A stretch of 64,000 bases of DNA from Chloroflexota bacterium (GTDB taxonomy: Bacteria; Chloroflexota; Limnocylindria; Limnocylindrales; CSP1-4): contig BPIH01000001.1 in the NCBI GenBank assembly GCA_026004015.1, positions 16,398-80,397 of the forward strand. The letters run 5' to 3'. The notes below the pieces were generated by a model. The model was given only the letters and a program-made list of their open reading frames with translations, did not search any database and had not been told where the DNA came from. Position 1 is the first letter of the stretch; every line of letters starts with the position of its first letter. Made by a program: the position numbers and the translations under genes. This document shows, one piece after another, positions 35,262-49,085 of the stretch.

Positions 35262-36474
35262 ATGCGAATCCTCCTCATCGGTGCCGGCGGGGTCGGCTCG
35301 GCCGTCGTCCCGATCGCCGCCCGCCGCGACTTCTTCGAGCAGATCGTCGTCGCCGACTACGACCCGGACCGGGCCCGGCGGGCCGTCGACCGCGTCGCCG
35401 ACCCCCGCTTCGTCGCCGTCCCCCGGCGCGTCGACGCCGCCGACCGGGCGGGGCTCGAAGCGCTCATCCGGGAGACCCGGGCGACCCACGTCCTCAACGC
35501 CGTCGACCCCCGCTTCGTCCTGCCGATCTTCGAGGCCGCCCTCGCCGCCGGCGCCGACTACCTCGACATGGCGATGTCGCTCTCGCGGCCGCACCCGGAG
35601 CGACCGTACGAGCTGCCCGGCGTCAAGCTCGGCGACGAGCAGTTCGCCCGGGCTGCCGACTGGGAGGCGGCGGGCCGGCTCGCCCTCGTCGGGATCGGGG
35701 TCGAGCCCGGCCTCTCCGACGTCTTCGCCCGCTACGCGGCCGACGAGCTCTTCGCCGAGATCGACGAGATCGGGGTCCGGGACGGGGCGAACCTCGTCGT
35801 CGAGGGCTACGCCTTCGCCCCCTCGTTCTCGATCTGGACGACGATCGAGGAGTGCCTGAACCCGCCGGTCGTCTGGGAGCGGGGACCGGGGTTGGTACAC
35901 GACGCCGCCCTTCAGCGAGCCCGAGACGTTCGTCTTCCCCGAGGGGATCGGGCCGGTCGAGTGCGTGAACGTCGAGCACGAGGAGGTCCTCCTCATCCCG
36001 CGCTGGATCGACGCCGGGCGGGTGACGTTCAAGTACGGTCTCGGGGCGGAGTTCATCGAGGTCCTCCAGGTCCTCCACAAGGTCGGCCTCGACCGGACCG
36101 AGCCGGTCCGGGTCGGCGGGGTCGAGGTCTCGCCACGGGACGTCGTGGCGGCCTGTCTCCCCGATCCGGCGACGCTCGGCGACCGGATGCACGGCAAGAC
36201 GTGCGCCGGGACGTGGGTTCGGGGGCGCGGCAAGGACGGGGCGCCGCGGGAGGTCTACCTCTACCACGTCGTCGACAACGCCGAGTCGATGGCCCGCGAC
36301 GGGGCCCAGGCGGTCGTCTGGCAGACGGCGATCAATCCGGTCGTCGCCCTGGAGCTCCTCGCCGCCGGGGTCTGGCAGGGGGCCGGGGTCCTGGGACCGG
36401 AGGCGTTCCCGCCCCGCCCGTTCCTTGACCTCCTCGTCGAGTACGGTTCGCCCTGGGGCCTCCGAGAGGGGTAG
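35262..36474 (+). CDS. Saccharopine dehydrogenase-like NAD(P) oxidoreductase, one apparent frameshift
   Basis: MRILLIGAGGVGSAV...VVADYD...; after a shift near 35885-35900, ...GWYTTPPFSEPETFVFPEGIGPVECVNVEHEEVLLIPRW... continues in the frame of listed ORF 35965-36474. Confidence 0.8.
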
Positions 36475-36515
36475 GGTCGCAGTCCTTCCGCCGTCGCGGC
36501 GACTCGTCGCCCGCC

Positions 36516-36640
36516 TCAGACGCCGAGGACCACGAAGCCGAGCCGCCGAGCCGCCTCCGCGAGCCGAGGATCAAATCTCGCTGTCGGGCTCGTCGACGTA
36601 CCGCTTGATCGAGCGCGCTACTGTCGACGTCGACGCTCAT
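36516..36640 (-). pseudogene. VapC (PIN-domain) toxin remnant with internal deletion
   Basis: ATG 36640 overlaps the antitoxin by 23 nt. MSVDVDSSAL(I)KRYVDEPDSE, a typical PIN N-terminus, is joined almost directly to FDPRLAEAARRLGFVVLGV*, a typical VapC C-terminus, with frame changes. Only about 40 of the expected ~130 codons remain. Confidence 0.6.
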
Positions 36641-36902
36641 CCTCGCGGTCGGCAGCGATGAGCTCGTTCGTCGTGGGCGTCCCTGGGAGCGGAATCTGTC
36701 GAACGACCGGCATCGGTGGGCGATCGACCCGGCGGCTGATCCAGCCCTCGGCGAGACCGCGCTCGAGAATCGACCGGCCGTCAGGCGGAACGATCGTCGC
36801 GATCTGGCGTCCGCGGCGGGTGACGGTCACGCTCTCCCCCCGAGCGGCCCGCTCGAGGATCTCCGAGAGGTGGTCCCTGAGGGTTCGAACGCCGACGCGC
36901 AT
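36618..36902 (-). CDS. Phd/YefM-type antitoxin
   Basis: MRVGVRTLRDHLSEILERAARGESVTVTRRGRQIATIVPP is a classic Phd/YefM N-terminal fold pattern. 94 aa. The listed ORF start at 37043 is an over-extension. Confidence 0.8.
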   Translation of the reverse strand: MRVGVRTLRDHLSEILERAARGESVTVTRRGRQIATIVPPDGRSILERGLAEGWISRRVDRPPMPVVRQIPLPGTPTTNELIAADREDERRRRQ

Positions 36903-37085
36903 GTGGCCATCGTACGCGTCAGCAGGCAATGATCGGACCACATCGGGCCGAGGGGTCGCGGCCGGTGAGACCCTCCCGCGGGCCGCGAAGCCGATCCTCC
37001 TGGGGCTCGGGCTGCTTGCGGCGCGGCGGCGCCCGATACTCAACCATCCACCCTTGCTGTGGCCCTAACAAATTGACGATGGGAC

Positions 37086-37113
37086 TTGACGTCGACGGAG
37101 AGAGAGAGAGAAT
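37086..37113 (+). promoter_or_regulatory. Promoter-like element with (GA)7 spacer (GA-promoter 3)
   Basis: GGGAC-TTGACG (37086-37091), a 16-nt spacer ending in (GA)7 (37098-37111), and GAGAAT (37108-37113). It lies 52 nt upstream of the S1 peptidase ATG. A second TTGAC sits at 37073. Confidence 0.45.
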
Positions 37114-37164
37114 GGGCCAGACCCGGGCGACGCACCGGACCCGGGGGAAGCTGGGGGAGTCGTC

Positions 37165-38080
37165 ATGAAGCGTCGCCGAACCTCCCTCCCCGCTTGGGGG
37201 AGCTGTTTCGCTGTTCTCGTTCTCGTCGCTCAGGTCGGGTTGCCGGGTGCGATCGCGCCGGTCTCCGGCTCGCTCGGCGGCTCTGGTCGTTCGCTCGGCA
37301 ATCTTCGGTCCGCCCAAGTGGAGGACGTGACCTCGAACGGGATCGCTCTCGTCGGGCCGGAGGCGATCCAGGTTCGCCCGGCCGACGAAGATCAGGCGAA
37401 CGCCTTCAACGCCGCCCTCGAGCTTGCCTACGCCCACCGCGAGGATCTGGGCTACCCATGGCTCGACTCGGCGTCCGGGGTCCTCGAGCTCTCCTTCGCC
37501 ACAGGGCTCGGGGAGACGGTGGCAGCGGGAGCGGTCGACGGGCTGTCGGCCGGCGGGCGAACGGTCCGCCTCCGCCCGGCTCCGGCCTCCATCGCCGAGC
37601 TCGATGCGCTCGCCGACGCGGTCACGCGACTCAACGCGGCTGGCGTTCCGGGGGCGGATCGGATCTGGATGACCGAGCCCGACCAGAAGAACAACCGCAT
37701 CATCGTCACGGTCAGCGACGCTCCGGACGAACCGCACACGAGCACCGCATCTGCGGTCGACGGCATGGCATCTCGGTGGTCACAGATCGGCGACGCCGCC
37801 TGCGTGAACGGGCACGTGACTGGAGAGTGGTGCGGGATGGTCACCGCGCACGGGCGCGAACATCCGCTACATCTTCGATGGCATCAATGTCTGGGCGAGG
37901 CATGTCAACATCGCGCTGGCCGCCGGCAACACTTGCCCGACCAAGGGGGACTCCGGCGTGCTCCCGTCTACCGGAGGGTGTCGTCGAGCCGCATCGCGGC
38001 CGTGGGGATCCACAGCGGCTCGGCCCCACTGGTCGCTGCATGCCAGCGCGTACTTCACCGACATCTGGGATGCCTACTAG
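37165..38080 (+). pseudogene. Alpha-lytic-protease-type (S1, streptogrisin-like) secreted serine peptidase, about 3 frameshifts in the catalytic domain
   Basis: Signal peptide plus a pro-domain (…IWMTEPDQKNNRIIVTVSD). The protease-domain pieces lie in alternating frames: CVNGHVTGEWCGMVTA | NIRYIFDGINVWARHVNIALAAGNTCPTKGDSG | APVYRRVSSSRIAAVGIHSGS | SAYFTDIWDAY* (TAG at 38078-38080). Confidence 0.75.
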
Positions 38081-38122
38081 CGGCCTTCCCGGTACGATCA
38101 AGACCGCAGGCTAGCCCGGGGC

Positions 38123-38519
38123 GTGACGCAGGGTGGCGACGTCCAAAGGGGTCGGCGGCGGCGCGTGGACCGCGCGGCGGTCGTCGTCGTGGCAGCTGCC
38201 GCCTCTTTGCGGTCTCGGATCGCGCCGAGCCCATCGAGTACTACCGCCTCGTCGGCGACCGGACCCTCGTCGTCGGGACGACGACCGTGCGACGTTTCAC
38301 CTGGACTCGGGTGAGCTCCGTGACCGAGACCCCGACCTCGGTCGTCGTCGCCGTCCGGTCGTTCCGGATCCAGTTCGGCCCTGCCGGACGGCCGCAGCCT
38401 ACCCGATCGAATTGGTCCTCACCCTCGCGGCGCCCCTCGACGGTCGGACGGTCGTCGATGCGAGCACCGGGGCGGTGGTCCGAGAGACGAACTGCGTCGG
38501 GCCTGCGCCATGTCGATGA
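38123..38519 (+). pseudogene. Small membrane-anchored protein, frameshifted paralog of 39303-39689
   Basis: The pieces ...RAAVVVVAAAAS | FAVSDRAEPIEYYRLVGDRTLVV...TWTRVSSVTETPTSVVVAVRSF...GPAG | YPIELVLTLAAPLDGRTVVDASTGAVV... lie in three frames. The product aligns with the downstream paralog (TWTR, SV.E, SVV..VR, PL..R.V.DASTG). Confidence 0.55.
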
Positions 38520-38740
38520 GCGTTCCGGGTCCGCTCGCCAGGGACCGCCCCGTCGTTCCGGGTGACCTTCGTCCTCGCGACGGCCGTGGGCATCCCGATC
38601 GTGGGCATCCCGAATCGAATCCCTCCCGACCCTCAACGGGCGGCGGTCGAGATCCATCGCCGTCTCGGGCGGCTCCGAAGTCCGTAGCGGCTGAGGCGAC
38701 CGCTCGGGTCGCCACTCGGCGCCCTCGCCGGCGCCGACGG

Positions 38741-39139
38741 GTGTTGGGCGGCCTCCTCGTTCTCGCTGCGCTCGCCGCCGCCTGCAGCAGCGAGCCGATC
38801 TTCGTGACCGTCGACAACCCCACGGCCGACGAATACCTTCTCCGTCTCAGCTGGTCGTACGGCGAAGTCCACGTCTTCCGCGTGCCGTCCGGCAAGGGAG
38901 CCTTCGCGGTCTCGCTTCAGAGCGGCTATCGACCCCTCGTCGAGATCCTCCGGCCCGACTGCTCCGTCGTCGGCAGCTGGACACTCGACGCGAGCGCGCT
39001 CATCCGGATCGGCTCCGACGGCCGGCCGAGCGCGGGTCCGCCGGGAGAGTTCTCGCCAGGGACCGAGCCGCCCGAGACGGTGACCGAGGAGGTCGCCGCC
39101 TGCGGGGCGACGCAGTTCCCGGAGCCCACCCCGACCTGA
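38741..39139 (+). CDS. Lipoprotein of unknown function
   Basis: GTG 38741 gives VLGGLLVLAALAAAC (lipobox). 132 aa. Earlier starts in the same frame are possible. Confidence 0.55.
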   Translation: MLGGLLVLAALAAACSSEPIFVTVDNPTADEYLLRLSWSYGEVHVFRVPSGKGAFAVSLQSGYRPLVEILRPDCSVVGSWTLDASALIRIGSDGRPSAGPPGEFSPGTEPPETVTEEVAACGATQFPEPTPT

Positions 39140-39302
39140 CGCAGGCGTCGGACGGCGGCCGAGATCGTCAGCGGCTCGGTTCCTCGGCCGGTTGCGTGGA
39201 CTGTCCGGCTTACCGACGTCCCGGATGCATACGTTGGCCTTCCGGGGACGCTGAAGACCGTTGGGTAGCCACTCCAGGCCAGGACGGAACAGGAGTTCGC
39301 AC

Positions 39303-39689
39303 GTGGTGGGTCGCGTGGTCCGGATCAGGCCACGCCTCGCCGCAGTCGCGGTCATCGTCCTCGTTGGCGTTCTCGCCGTCTGGCTCCAGGATCGGGCCAT
39401 TCACCAGGGGACCTACTGCCTCCAGGATGAGCGGACGATCCTCCTCGACGTCCCCAGCGGTCCTGCGACCTGGACCCGGATCGGGTCCGTCGTGGAGTCG
39501 GCCGACTCGGTCGTCATCGAGGTTCGAGAGCTCCGGGCGCCGCTTCCCGGCACGGGCGGCGAGGTTCTCTGGCTCACCGTCCGCCTCGGCGAGCCGCTCG
39601 GTTCGCGAGCGGTTATCGACGCGAGCACCGGCCTCCCGATGGTCCTCGCCGGGGCCATCTGCGAGTTCGCCCCGAGTCCGGCCGGCTGA
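39303..39689 (+). CDS. Small membrane-anchored protein (DASTG-motif family, intact paralog)
   Basis: GGAG RBS 8 nt before GTG 39303. TM LAAVAVIVLVGVLAVWL. TWTRIGSVVESADSVVIEVREL...LTVRLGEPLGSRAVIDASTG. Confidence 0.6.
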   Translation: MVGRVVRIRPRLAAVAVIVLVGVLAVWLQDRAIHQGTYCLQDERTILLDVPSGPATWTRIGSVVESADSVVIEVRELRAPLPGTGGEVLWLTVRLGEPLGSRAVIDASTGLPMVLAGAICEFAPSPAG

Positions 39690-39775
39690 GGGCGGGCGTT
39701 CCGAACTGACCCACCGACGGGGGACCCGCCCGGCGCCGGCCCCGGCCGGGCACCGGGCGACCAAGCGCGGCGCCG

Positions 39776-43807
<4,032 letters not shown>

Positions 43808-44111
43808 GCTCGGCCGTGCTCGGCGGCGGCGGCGCGGGCGTGGAAATTCCGAGCTGGTTTGACCCGTTCACTACCGGGGTGAGTATCCAGGAGAACGGGC
43901 GAGGGCCGGGTTCGCGGTAGGCTCCGGACGGCCGGCGGCACCGACCGAGCGGGCGTCCGGCAGGGACGAGCCGACGACTCCGCCGCGCCCGACTGCGCCC
44001 GGGCGGGGGACGGGCACGCCCCGGTAGCGCTACCCGGCCGAGGCGTTCACCCCGGACGGGGCCCCGTGAAACATCCGGGATCGGCATGAAAGATGCGCGA
44101 ATGGCGGAGTC

Positions 44112-44730
44112 GTGTATCATGCCGCCGACGTGCGACCCAAACGGACGGTCGCCGCCTGGGTGCTCGGCATCCTCGTGGCGACCTCGGTCGCCGTCCCGGG
44201 TCCGGTCGGCTCCCGAACCCCAGCGGGCTCACCGACCATCGCCGCCGATCTCTTTCGGGCCGTCGCCATCGACGCGCCAGCGCCCGGGACGGTGTCCCAG
44301 CCAACCCTCGATCCGGCGCATCGTGCCGCCGGGACCCTCGAGCCGACCGCGGACCTCCGCGAGCCCGCCGCCGAGTCGTTCCCGACGGTCGAGCGCCCCC
44401 AGATCCCGAGCCCGACGGCTCGCCTCGGCTCGATCGCCAGAGAACCTCTGGCGGCTCGACCGCAACGTCAGCTGGTACGGCCCCGGCTTCTACGGACGGC
44501 GGACGGCGTGCGGCTACGCCCTCACCGAAGACCTCCGCGGCGTCGCCCACCGAAGCCTCCCCTGCGGCACCCTCGTCACCTTCCGAAATCCGGCCAACGG
44601 GCGAACAGCGACGGTCCCGGTCGTCGATCGGGGCCCCTACGTGGCCGGTCGCCAGTGGGACCTCACCGGCGGCCTCTGCCGCTACCTCGGGCACTGCTAC
44701 ACGGGCGCCATCCTCTGGCGCTTTCCGTAG
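44112..44730 (+). CDS. Secreted RlpA-like double-psi beta-barrel (DPBB) protein, one apparent frameshift
   Basis: The signal peptide (RPKRTVAAWVLGILVATSVAV) is in the frame of ORF 44112. The DPBB domain (VSWYGPGFYGRRTACGYALTEDLRGVAHRSLPCGTLVTFRN...ATVPVVDRGPYVAGRQWDLT) is in the frame of ORF 44086-44730. The shift lies somewhere in 44150-44440. Confidence 0.75.
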
Positions 44731-44797
44731 GTCGAGGCGCCGGCGGACGACCCCGTCGCCCGGACCGCCTTCTGCGGCTCGGTTCCCAGCGGAGCCT

Positions 44798-46177
44798 TCA
44801 GGCGAGGGGCTGGAAGCGGGCCGTGAAGTGGCGGAGCTGGGGCGGCTGCGGCTCGAGGATCCGGTAGCCCCGGAGCTCCGAGGCGCGCTCGGCGACCCAG
44901 CGGACGACCTCGATGACGTAGTCGACGTGGCTCTGCGTGTACGTCCGCCGCGGGATCGCGAGCCGCACGAGGTCCATCGGCGCCGGCGCCTCGGAGCCGT
45001 CGGGCCGCCGACCGAACATGACCGTCCCGATCTCGCAGCCCCGGATCCCGCCCTCGACGTAGAGGGCGACGGCGAGGGCCTGGCCCGGGTACTCGAGGGG
45101 CGGGATGTGCGGCAGGAGCGCCCGGGCATCGATGTAGACGGCGTGGCCGCCGAAGGGCTTGACGACCGGGACCCCTACCGCGTCGAGGGCCTCGCCGAGG
45201 TAGGCCGTCGAGCGGATCCGGTAGCGGAGGTAGTCCTCCTCGACGACTTCCCGAAGGCCCTGGGCGATCGCCTCGAGATCCCGGCCGGCGAGACCGCCGT
45301 AGGTGGGAAAGCCCTCGGTGAGGATGAGGAGGTTGCGGCACCGCTCGGCGAGCCCGTCGTCGTTCATCGCCAACCAGCCGCCGATGTTCGCCAGGCCGTC
45401 CTTCTTGGCGCTCATCGTCATCCCGTCGGCGAGGCTCGCCATCTCGCGGACGATGTCGGGGATGGCCCGCTCGGCCTGGCCCGGCTCGCGGGTCTTGATG
45501 AACCAGGCGTTCTCGGCGAACCGGCAGGCGTCGAGGAAGAGGGGGACCCCGTACCGGTCGCAGACCGCCCGGACCGCCCGGAGGTTCTCGAGGGACACCG
45601 GCTGGCCGCCGCCCGAGTTGTTCGTGACGGTGACGAAGACGACCGGGACGTCCGCCGCCCGCTCGGCGAGGAGGCGCTCGAGGGCGGCCACGTCCATGTT
45701 CCCCTTGAAGGGGTGCTCGAGGGCCGGCTGGCGACCCTCGGGGATGACGAGGTCGACGGCTTCGGCGCCGGTGAACTCGACGTTCGCTCGGGTCGTGTCG
45801 AAGTGGGTGTTGTTCGGGACGATCTTGCCGGGCCCGGCGATCACGGAGAAGAGGATCTTCTCGGCGGCCCGACCCTGGTGGGTCGGGATGACGTGCCGGA
45901 AGGGGAAGAGCTCCTGGACGGCCTCGAGGAAGACGTACCAGGACGGTGAGCCGGCGTAGCTCTCGTCGCCGTGCTGGATGGCCGCCCATTGGTCGCGGCT
46001 CATCGCCCCGGTTCCCGAGTCGGTGAGGAGGTCGATGACGACGTCGTCGGCGTGGAGGTTGAAGAGGTTCCAGTCGGCGGCCTCGATCGCCCGGAGGCGC
46101 TCCGCCCGGCTCGTCAGGCGGATCGGCTCGACGGCGTGGATCCGGAACGGCTCGATGATCGTCCGCCAGCGGTCCAT
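44798..46177 (-). CDS. Beta-eliminating lyase (tryptophanase / tyrosine phenol-lyase family)
   Basis: FRIHAVEPIRLTSR..., DLLTDSGTGAM, NTHFDTTRA, and PLP lysine SAKKDGLANIGG. 459 aa, full length. Confidence 0.9.
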   Translation of the reverse strand: MDRWRTIIEPFRIHAVEPIRLTSRAERLRAIEAADWNLFNLHADDVVIDLLTDSGTGAMSRDQWAAIQHGDESYAGSPSWYVFLEAVQELFPFRHVIPTHQGRAAEKILFSVIAGPGKIVPNNTHFDTTRANVEFTGAEAVDLVIPEGRQPALEHPFKGNMDVAALERLLAERAADVPVVFVTVTNNSGGGQPVSLENLRAVRAVCDRYGVPLFLDACRFAENAWFIKTREPGQAERAIPDIVREMASLADGMTMSAKKDGLANIGGWLAMNDDGLAERCRNLLILTEGFPTYGGLAGRDLEAIAQGLREVVEEDYLRYRIRSTAYLGEALDAVGVPVVKPFGGHAVYIDARALLPHIPPLEYPGQALAVALYVEGGIRGCEIGTVMFGRRPDGSEAPAPMDLVRLAIPRRTYTQSHVDYVIEVVRWVAERASELRGYRILEPQPPQLRHFTARFQPLA

Positions 46178-46240
46178 CCCGCGACGAAGGATACGCCCGG
46201 CAGGGTCGGCCGGTCCGCTCCCCTGGCGACGTCGTCCCGG

Positions 46241-46832
46241 TCACCGTTCGGCAGAGATCCCGCCTCGCCGGCGCGCCGCCCAGGCCGGGCGCGGGAGGCC
46301 GTAGAGGACGAGATCTCGCCAGGCACCGTCGCGGAACGATGCCCGTCGAAGGACACCCTCGCGACGGAAACCGAGCTTTTCGAGGAGTCGCCGTGAGGGC
46401 TCGTTCGCCGCGTCGGTCGCCGCACCGACGCGTTCGACCGGGAAGGTCGAGAAGAGGTAGTCGACGAGGAGTCCGACGGCTTCGGTCGCGTAGCCCTTGC
46501 CTCGGTCGGCTTCGGCCCCGATGCCGAAGCCGATGTCCGGCCAGGCGCAGTCGGCGTCGGGGTAGGGGGTCATGGTGTAGCGGACGAAGCCGACCGGTCG
46601 TTTTGTCGGCCACGGTCTCGACCAGCAGCACGGCGGCGGCTCGATCGAGCAGACCGGTCCGAGCGAAGGCGTCGCGAAGACGACGAACATGGTCGACCTG
46701 ATAGCGCTGGTGCGGCCCCAGGAGCCCGGCGCGGTGCTCGCCCCACCCCTCGAGGACCTCGAGGTCTTCCTGTCGAAGCTGTCGAAGGCGGACGCGGGGG
46801 TCGGCGAGAGGGTCGGCAGAGGTCGAGTCCAT
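46241..46832 (-). CDS. GNAT-family N-acetyltransferase (RimJ/RimL-like), one apparent frameshift
   Basis: MDSTSADPLADPRVRLRQLRQEDLEVL...LLVETVADK | RPVGFVRYTM...GKGYATEAVGLLVDYLF...NEPSRRLLEKLGFRREG. Removing one A from the run GACAAAACGACC (about 46597-46603) restores the frame. Confidence 0.8.
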
Positions 46833-47097
46833 GGCTGTCGGGTCCTTCCCTTCGATGGCTGTCCCAGGGGTCGGTTCGGACGCGCGATCCGGGGTCAGGG
46901 GCACATTGGTACGGCGGAGTCGTGTCACGGAGGCTGGCACGGCGTGCCGTCGTCGACCAGGGCCGGATGGACCGACCGACGGGCGGAGGCGGAGCGAGCG
47001 ACCGATGGCGGGACGGTACCGTGCGGAAGAGCGGCCGCGCTCGTGGCTCCCGACAGGGACCGCGGCGGCCGGGCGGCGACGGGCGTACCGTATCACC

Positions 47098-47313
47098 ATG
47101 TGTCGGAACATCAAGCCCCTTCGCCCTCTCGGGGCGGCCCTCACGGCCGCTGACGTCGAAGCTGCGGCCCGGCAGTACGTCCGCAAGGTGAGCGGGATCC
47201 GTGCCCCGTCGAGCCGAACAACGGTCGCCTTCGAGACCGCGGTGGCGGACGTCGCCGCGGCCACGGCTCGCCTGTTGGAGGCCCTCGGCACCCCGCCGGC
47301 TGGTCGCGGCTGA
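47098..47313 (+). CDS. DUF2277-family small protein
   Basis: MCRNIKPLRPL...AARQYVRKVSG...AFETAV matches the conserved DUF2277 N-terminus. 71 aa. Confidence 0.8.
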   Translation: MCRNIKPLRPLGAALTAADVEAAARQYVRKVSGIRAPSSRTTVAFETAVADVAAATARLLEALGTPPAGRG

Positions 47314-47442
47314 GGGGGCCGGCCGGCCCAGGGCCCACCGGCGCTGGACGACCAGAGCTCGGCGTCGCCCCTGGAGTACGATCAGGGCGCCGGGCGGCTA
47401 CCCCGCCGAGCCCTTCGTTCGTCGTCGAGGCCGATCCGTTCG

Positions 47443-48135
47443 ATGCCCGCTCCGTTCCCCGCCGAAGGCCGTGCTCCCGATGGCCTCGCCGATCCGTTCA
47501 CCGCGACCGGCGTCGTCCTCGCCGGCGGGCGATCGGCCCGCTTCGGTGCCGACAAGCTCACCATCCCGGTTGGCGGCCGGTCCCTCCTCGAGCGGGCCGT
47601 GGCGGCGGTGAGCACCATCGCCGTCGAGACGATCGTCGTCGTCGGTCCCGAGGCGGAGGAACCGCCGGGCGTCGCCGAGGGGCGGTATCGGGTCGTCCGC
47701 GACCCGTCGCCGCATCCGGGCCCTCTCGTTGGCTTCGTGGCGGCCCTCGAGGTCGCCCGCGAGCCCCTCGTCCTCCTCGTCGGCGGCGACATGCCGGCCC
47801 TGGAACCGGATCTCCTCAGCCACCTTGTCCGGGAGCTGGCCGGATCCGATGCCGACGCCTGCGTCCTCGTTCGGCGCGGCCGATGGCAGCCGCTTCCGAG
47901 CGTCGTTCGGCTCGGGGCGACCTTGCCCGTCGCCCGCCACCTCGTCGCCGCGGGCGAGCGAAGCCTCCGGGGTCTCTTCCAGAGTCTGCGGACGCGTGCC
48001 ATCGCCGAGGCCGACTGGCGGCCGTTCGATCCCGAGGCCCGGTCGCTCCTCGACGTCGATCGCCCGGGCGACCTGGCCGTCGCCGAGGCGGCGATCGGCG
48101 GACGGGGCACCGAACGGAGGGAGTCCGGCCGCTGA
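47443..48135 (+). CDS. mobA: Molybdenum cofactor guanylyltransferase (MobA-like, NTP_transf_3)
   Basis: GVVLAGGRSARFGADK, ...DPSPHPGPL.G..., LLVGGDMP. Confidence 0.8.
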   Translation: MPAPFPAEGRAPDGLADPFTATGVVLAGGRSARFGADKLTIPVGGRSLLERAVAAVSTIAVETIVVVGPEAEEPPGVAEGRYRVVRDPSPHPGPLVGFVAALEVAREPLVLLVGGDMPALEPDLLSHLVRELAGSDADACVLVRRGRWQPLPSVVRLGATLPVARHLVAAGERSLRGLFQSLRTRAIAEADWRPFDPEARSLLDVDRPGDLAVAEAAIGGRGTERRESGR

Positions 48136-48139
48136 TCGG

Positions 48140-48340
48140 CGACGGCCCCGGGTTCGGCCGCCGATCGGCGAGGGCACTGCGAGCACCCGCGAGGGCCCTG
48201 CGAGCGCCCGGCGAGAACCCGGCGGATGGGCCCGCCGAGAACCCGGCGAGGCTGGGCCGGGGACCGATGGGCGGCGTCCCCGGTTGGGACCGAGCGAGCC
48301 AGGACCGAGCGAGTCGGGACCGAGCCGGTGCACCCCGACC
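48140..48340. repeat. Cluster of short imperfect tandem repeats in a convergent intergenic region
   Basis: GCGAGGGC(A/C)CTGCGAGC x2, GCCGAGAACCCGGCG x2 and GGGACCGAGCGAGCC / AGGACCGAGCGAGTC / GGGACCGAGCC x3, read directly in the sequence. Confidence 0.6.
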
Positions 48341-48344
48341 GCCG

Positions 48345-48965
48345 TCACGCCCCGCGACGGGCGACGATGTTCAGGCGGAGAGTGTCTCGATCGGCGAAGC
48401 CGACGCTCTCCTCGGTCAGCCAGCAGCGGATGTCGACGAAACCTGCGGCGGCCAGGCGGGCTTCCGTCGCCTCCGGGGTCTCGAAGTGGGCAGGCCCGAG
48501 CCAGCCGTCGCCGATGGTCGCCAGAGCGGCCTGGACGCTGGCGATGTTGCCGGTGCCGCCGCACTGGGCGACGAGGCGACCGCCGGGGCGGAGGACGGCG
48601 GCGACGTTCCGGAAGAGGGCGTCGTGGTCGGGCACCCAGTGGAAGGTCGCCGTCGAGAGGACGGCGTCGACGGGTTGGTCGAGGGGTATGGGGCGCCCGA
48701 GATCGGCGACGAGGTAGCGGACCCGGTCGCCGAAGCGGGCGAGGCGCCGCCGGGCCTCGGCGATCATGTCCGGAGAGGCGTCGAGGGCGACGACCTGGCC
48801 GGTCGGAAGGCGTTCGGCGAGGCGCTCGGTCACCCGGCCGGTCCCGCATCCGGCGTCGAGCACCCGTTCGTCGCCGCGGAGCTCGAGGCGGTCGAGGACG
48901 GCGGCGCCCCAGCGGGCCATGGGGTCGCTGATTCGGTCGTAGGTCGAGGCGTCCCAACGGTGCAT
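48345..48965 (-). CDS. Class I SAM-dependent methyltransferase (trans-aconitate methyltransferase-like)
   Basis: Motif I VLDAGCGTGRVT, motif II VVALDASPDM, and ...LRPGGRLV.... Confidence 0.85.
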   Translation of the reverse strand: MHRWDASTYDRISDPMARWGAAVLDRLELRGDERVLDAGCGTGRVTERLAERLPTGQVVALDASPDMIAEARRRLARFGDRVRYLVADLGRPIPLDQPVDAVLSTATFHWVPDHDALFRNVAAVLRPGGRLVAQCGGTGNIASVQAALATIGDGWLGPAHFETPEATEARLAAAGFVDIRCWLTEESVGFADRDTLRLNIVARRGA

Positions 48966-49085
48966 CGTTCGGTCCCGCGCGGTCGGCCTCCGGCTCGGTC
49001 TTGATGGGGCTTCGTCTTCGGTCCGGGACGGTCGGAGCTCGGGGCCGTCTCCCCGCCTTCGGGCCTGCCGAGTCGCCGCTCGAGT

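Noticed and set aside
43940-44105. Candidate riboswitch upstream of the RlpA-like gene (ydaO/c-di-AMP class) or, on the minus strand, upstream of metH
   Set aside because: Fragments resembling ydaO blocks occur (GCGGGGGACGGGCA, CCCCGGTAGCGCTACCCGG..GAGGCG, GGGGCCCCGTGAAAC), but in the wrong order for the motif. I could not build the pseudo-symmetric fold. No SAM, SAH or B12 core is present on the other strand. A cmscan is needed before any claim.
44697-47291. 864-aa minus-strand ORF
   Set aside because: It is off-frame over the tryptophanase-like gene. It contains only the true N-terminal third of the GNAT gene (MDSTSADP...VETVADK) as meaningful sequence.
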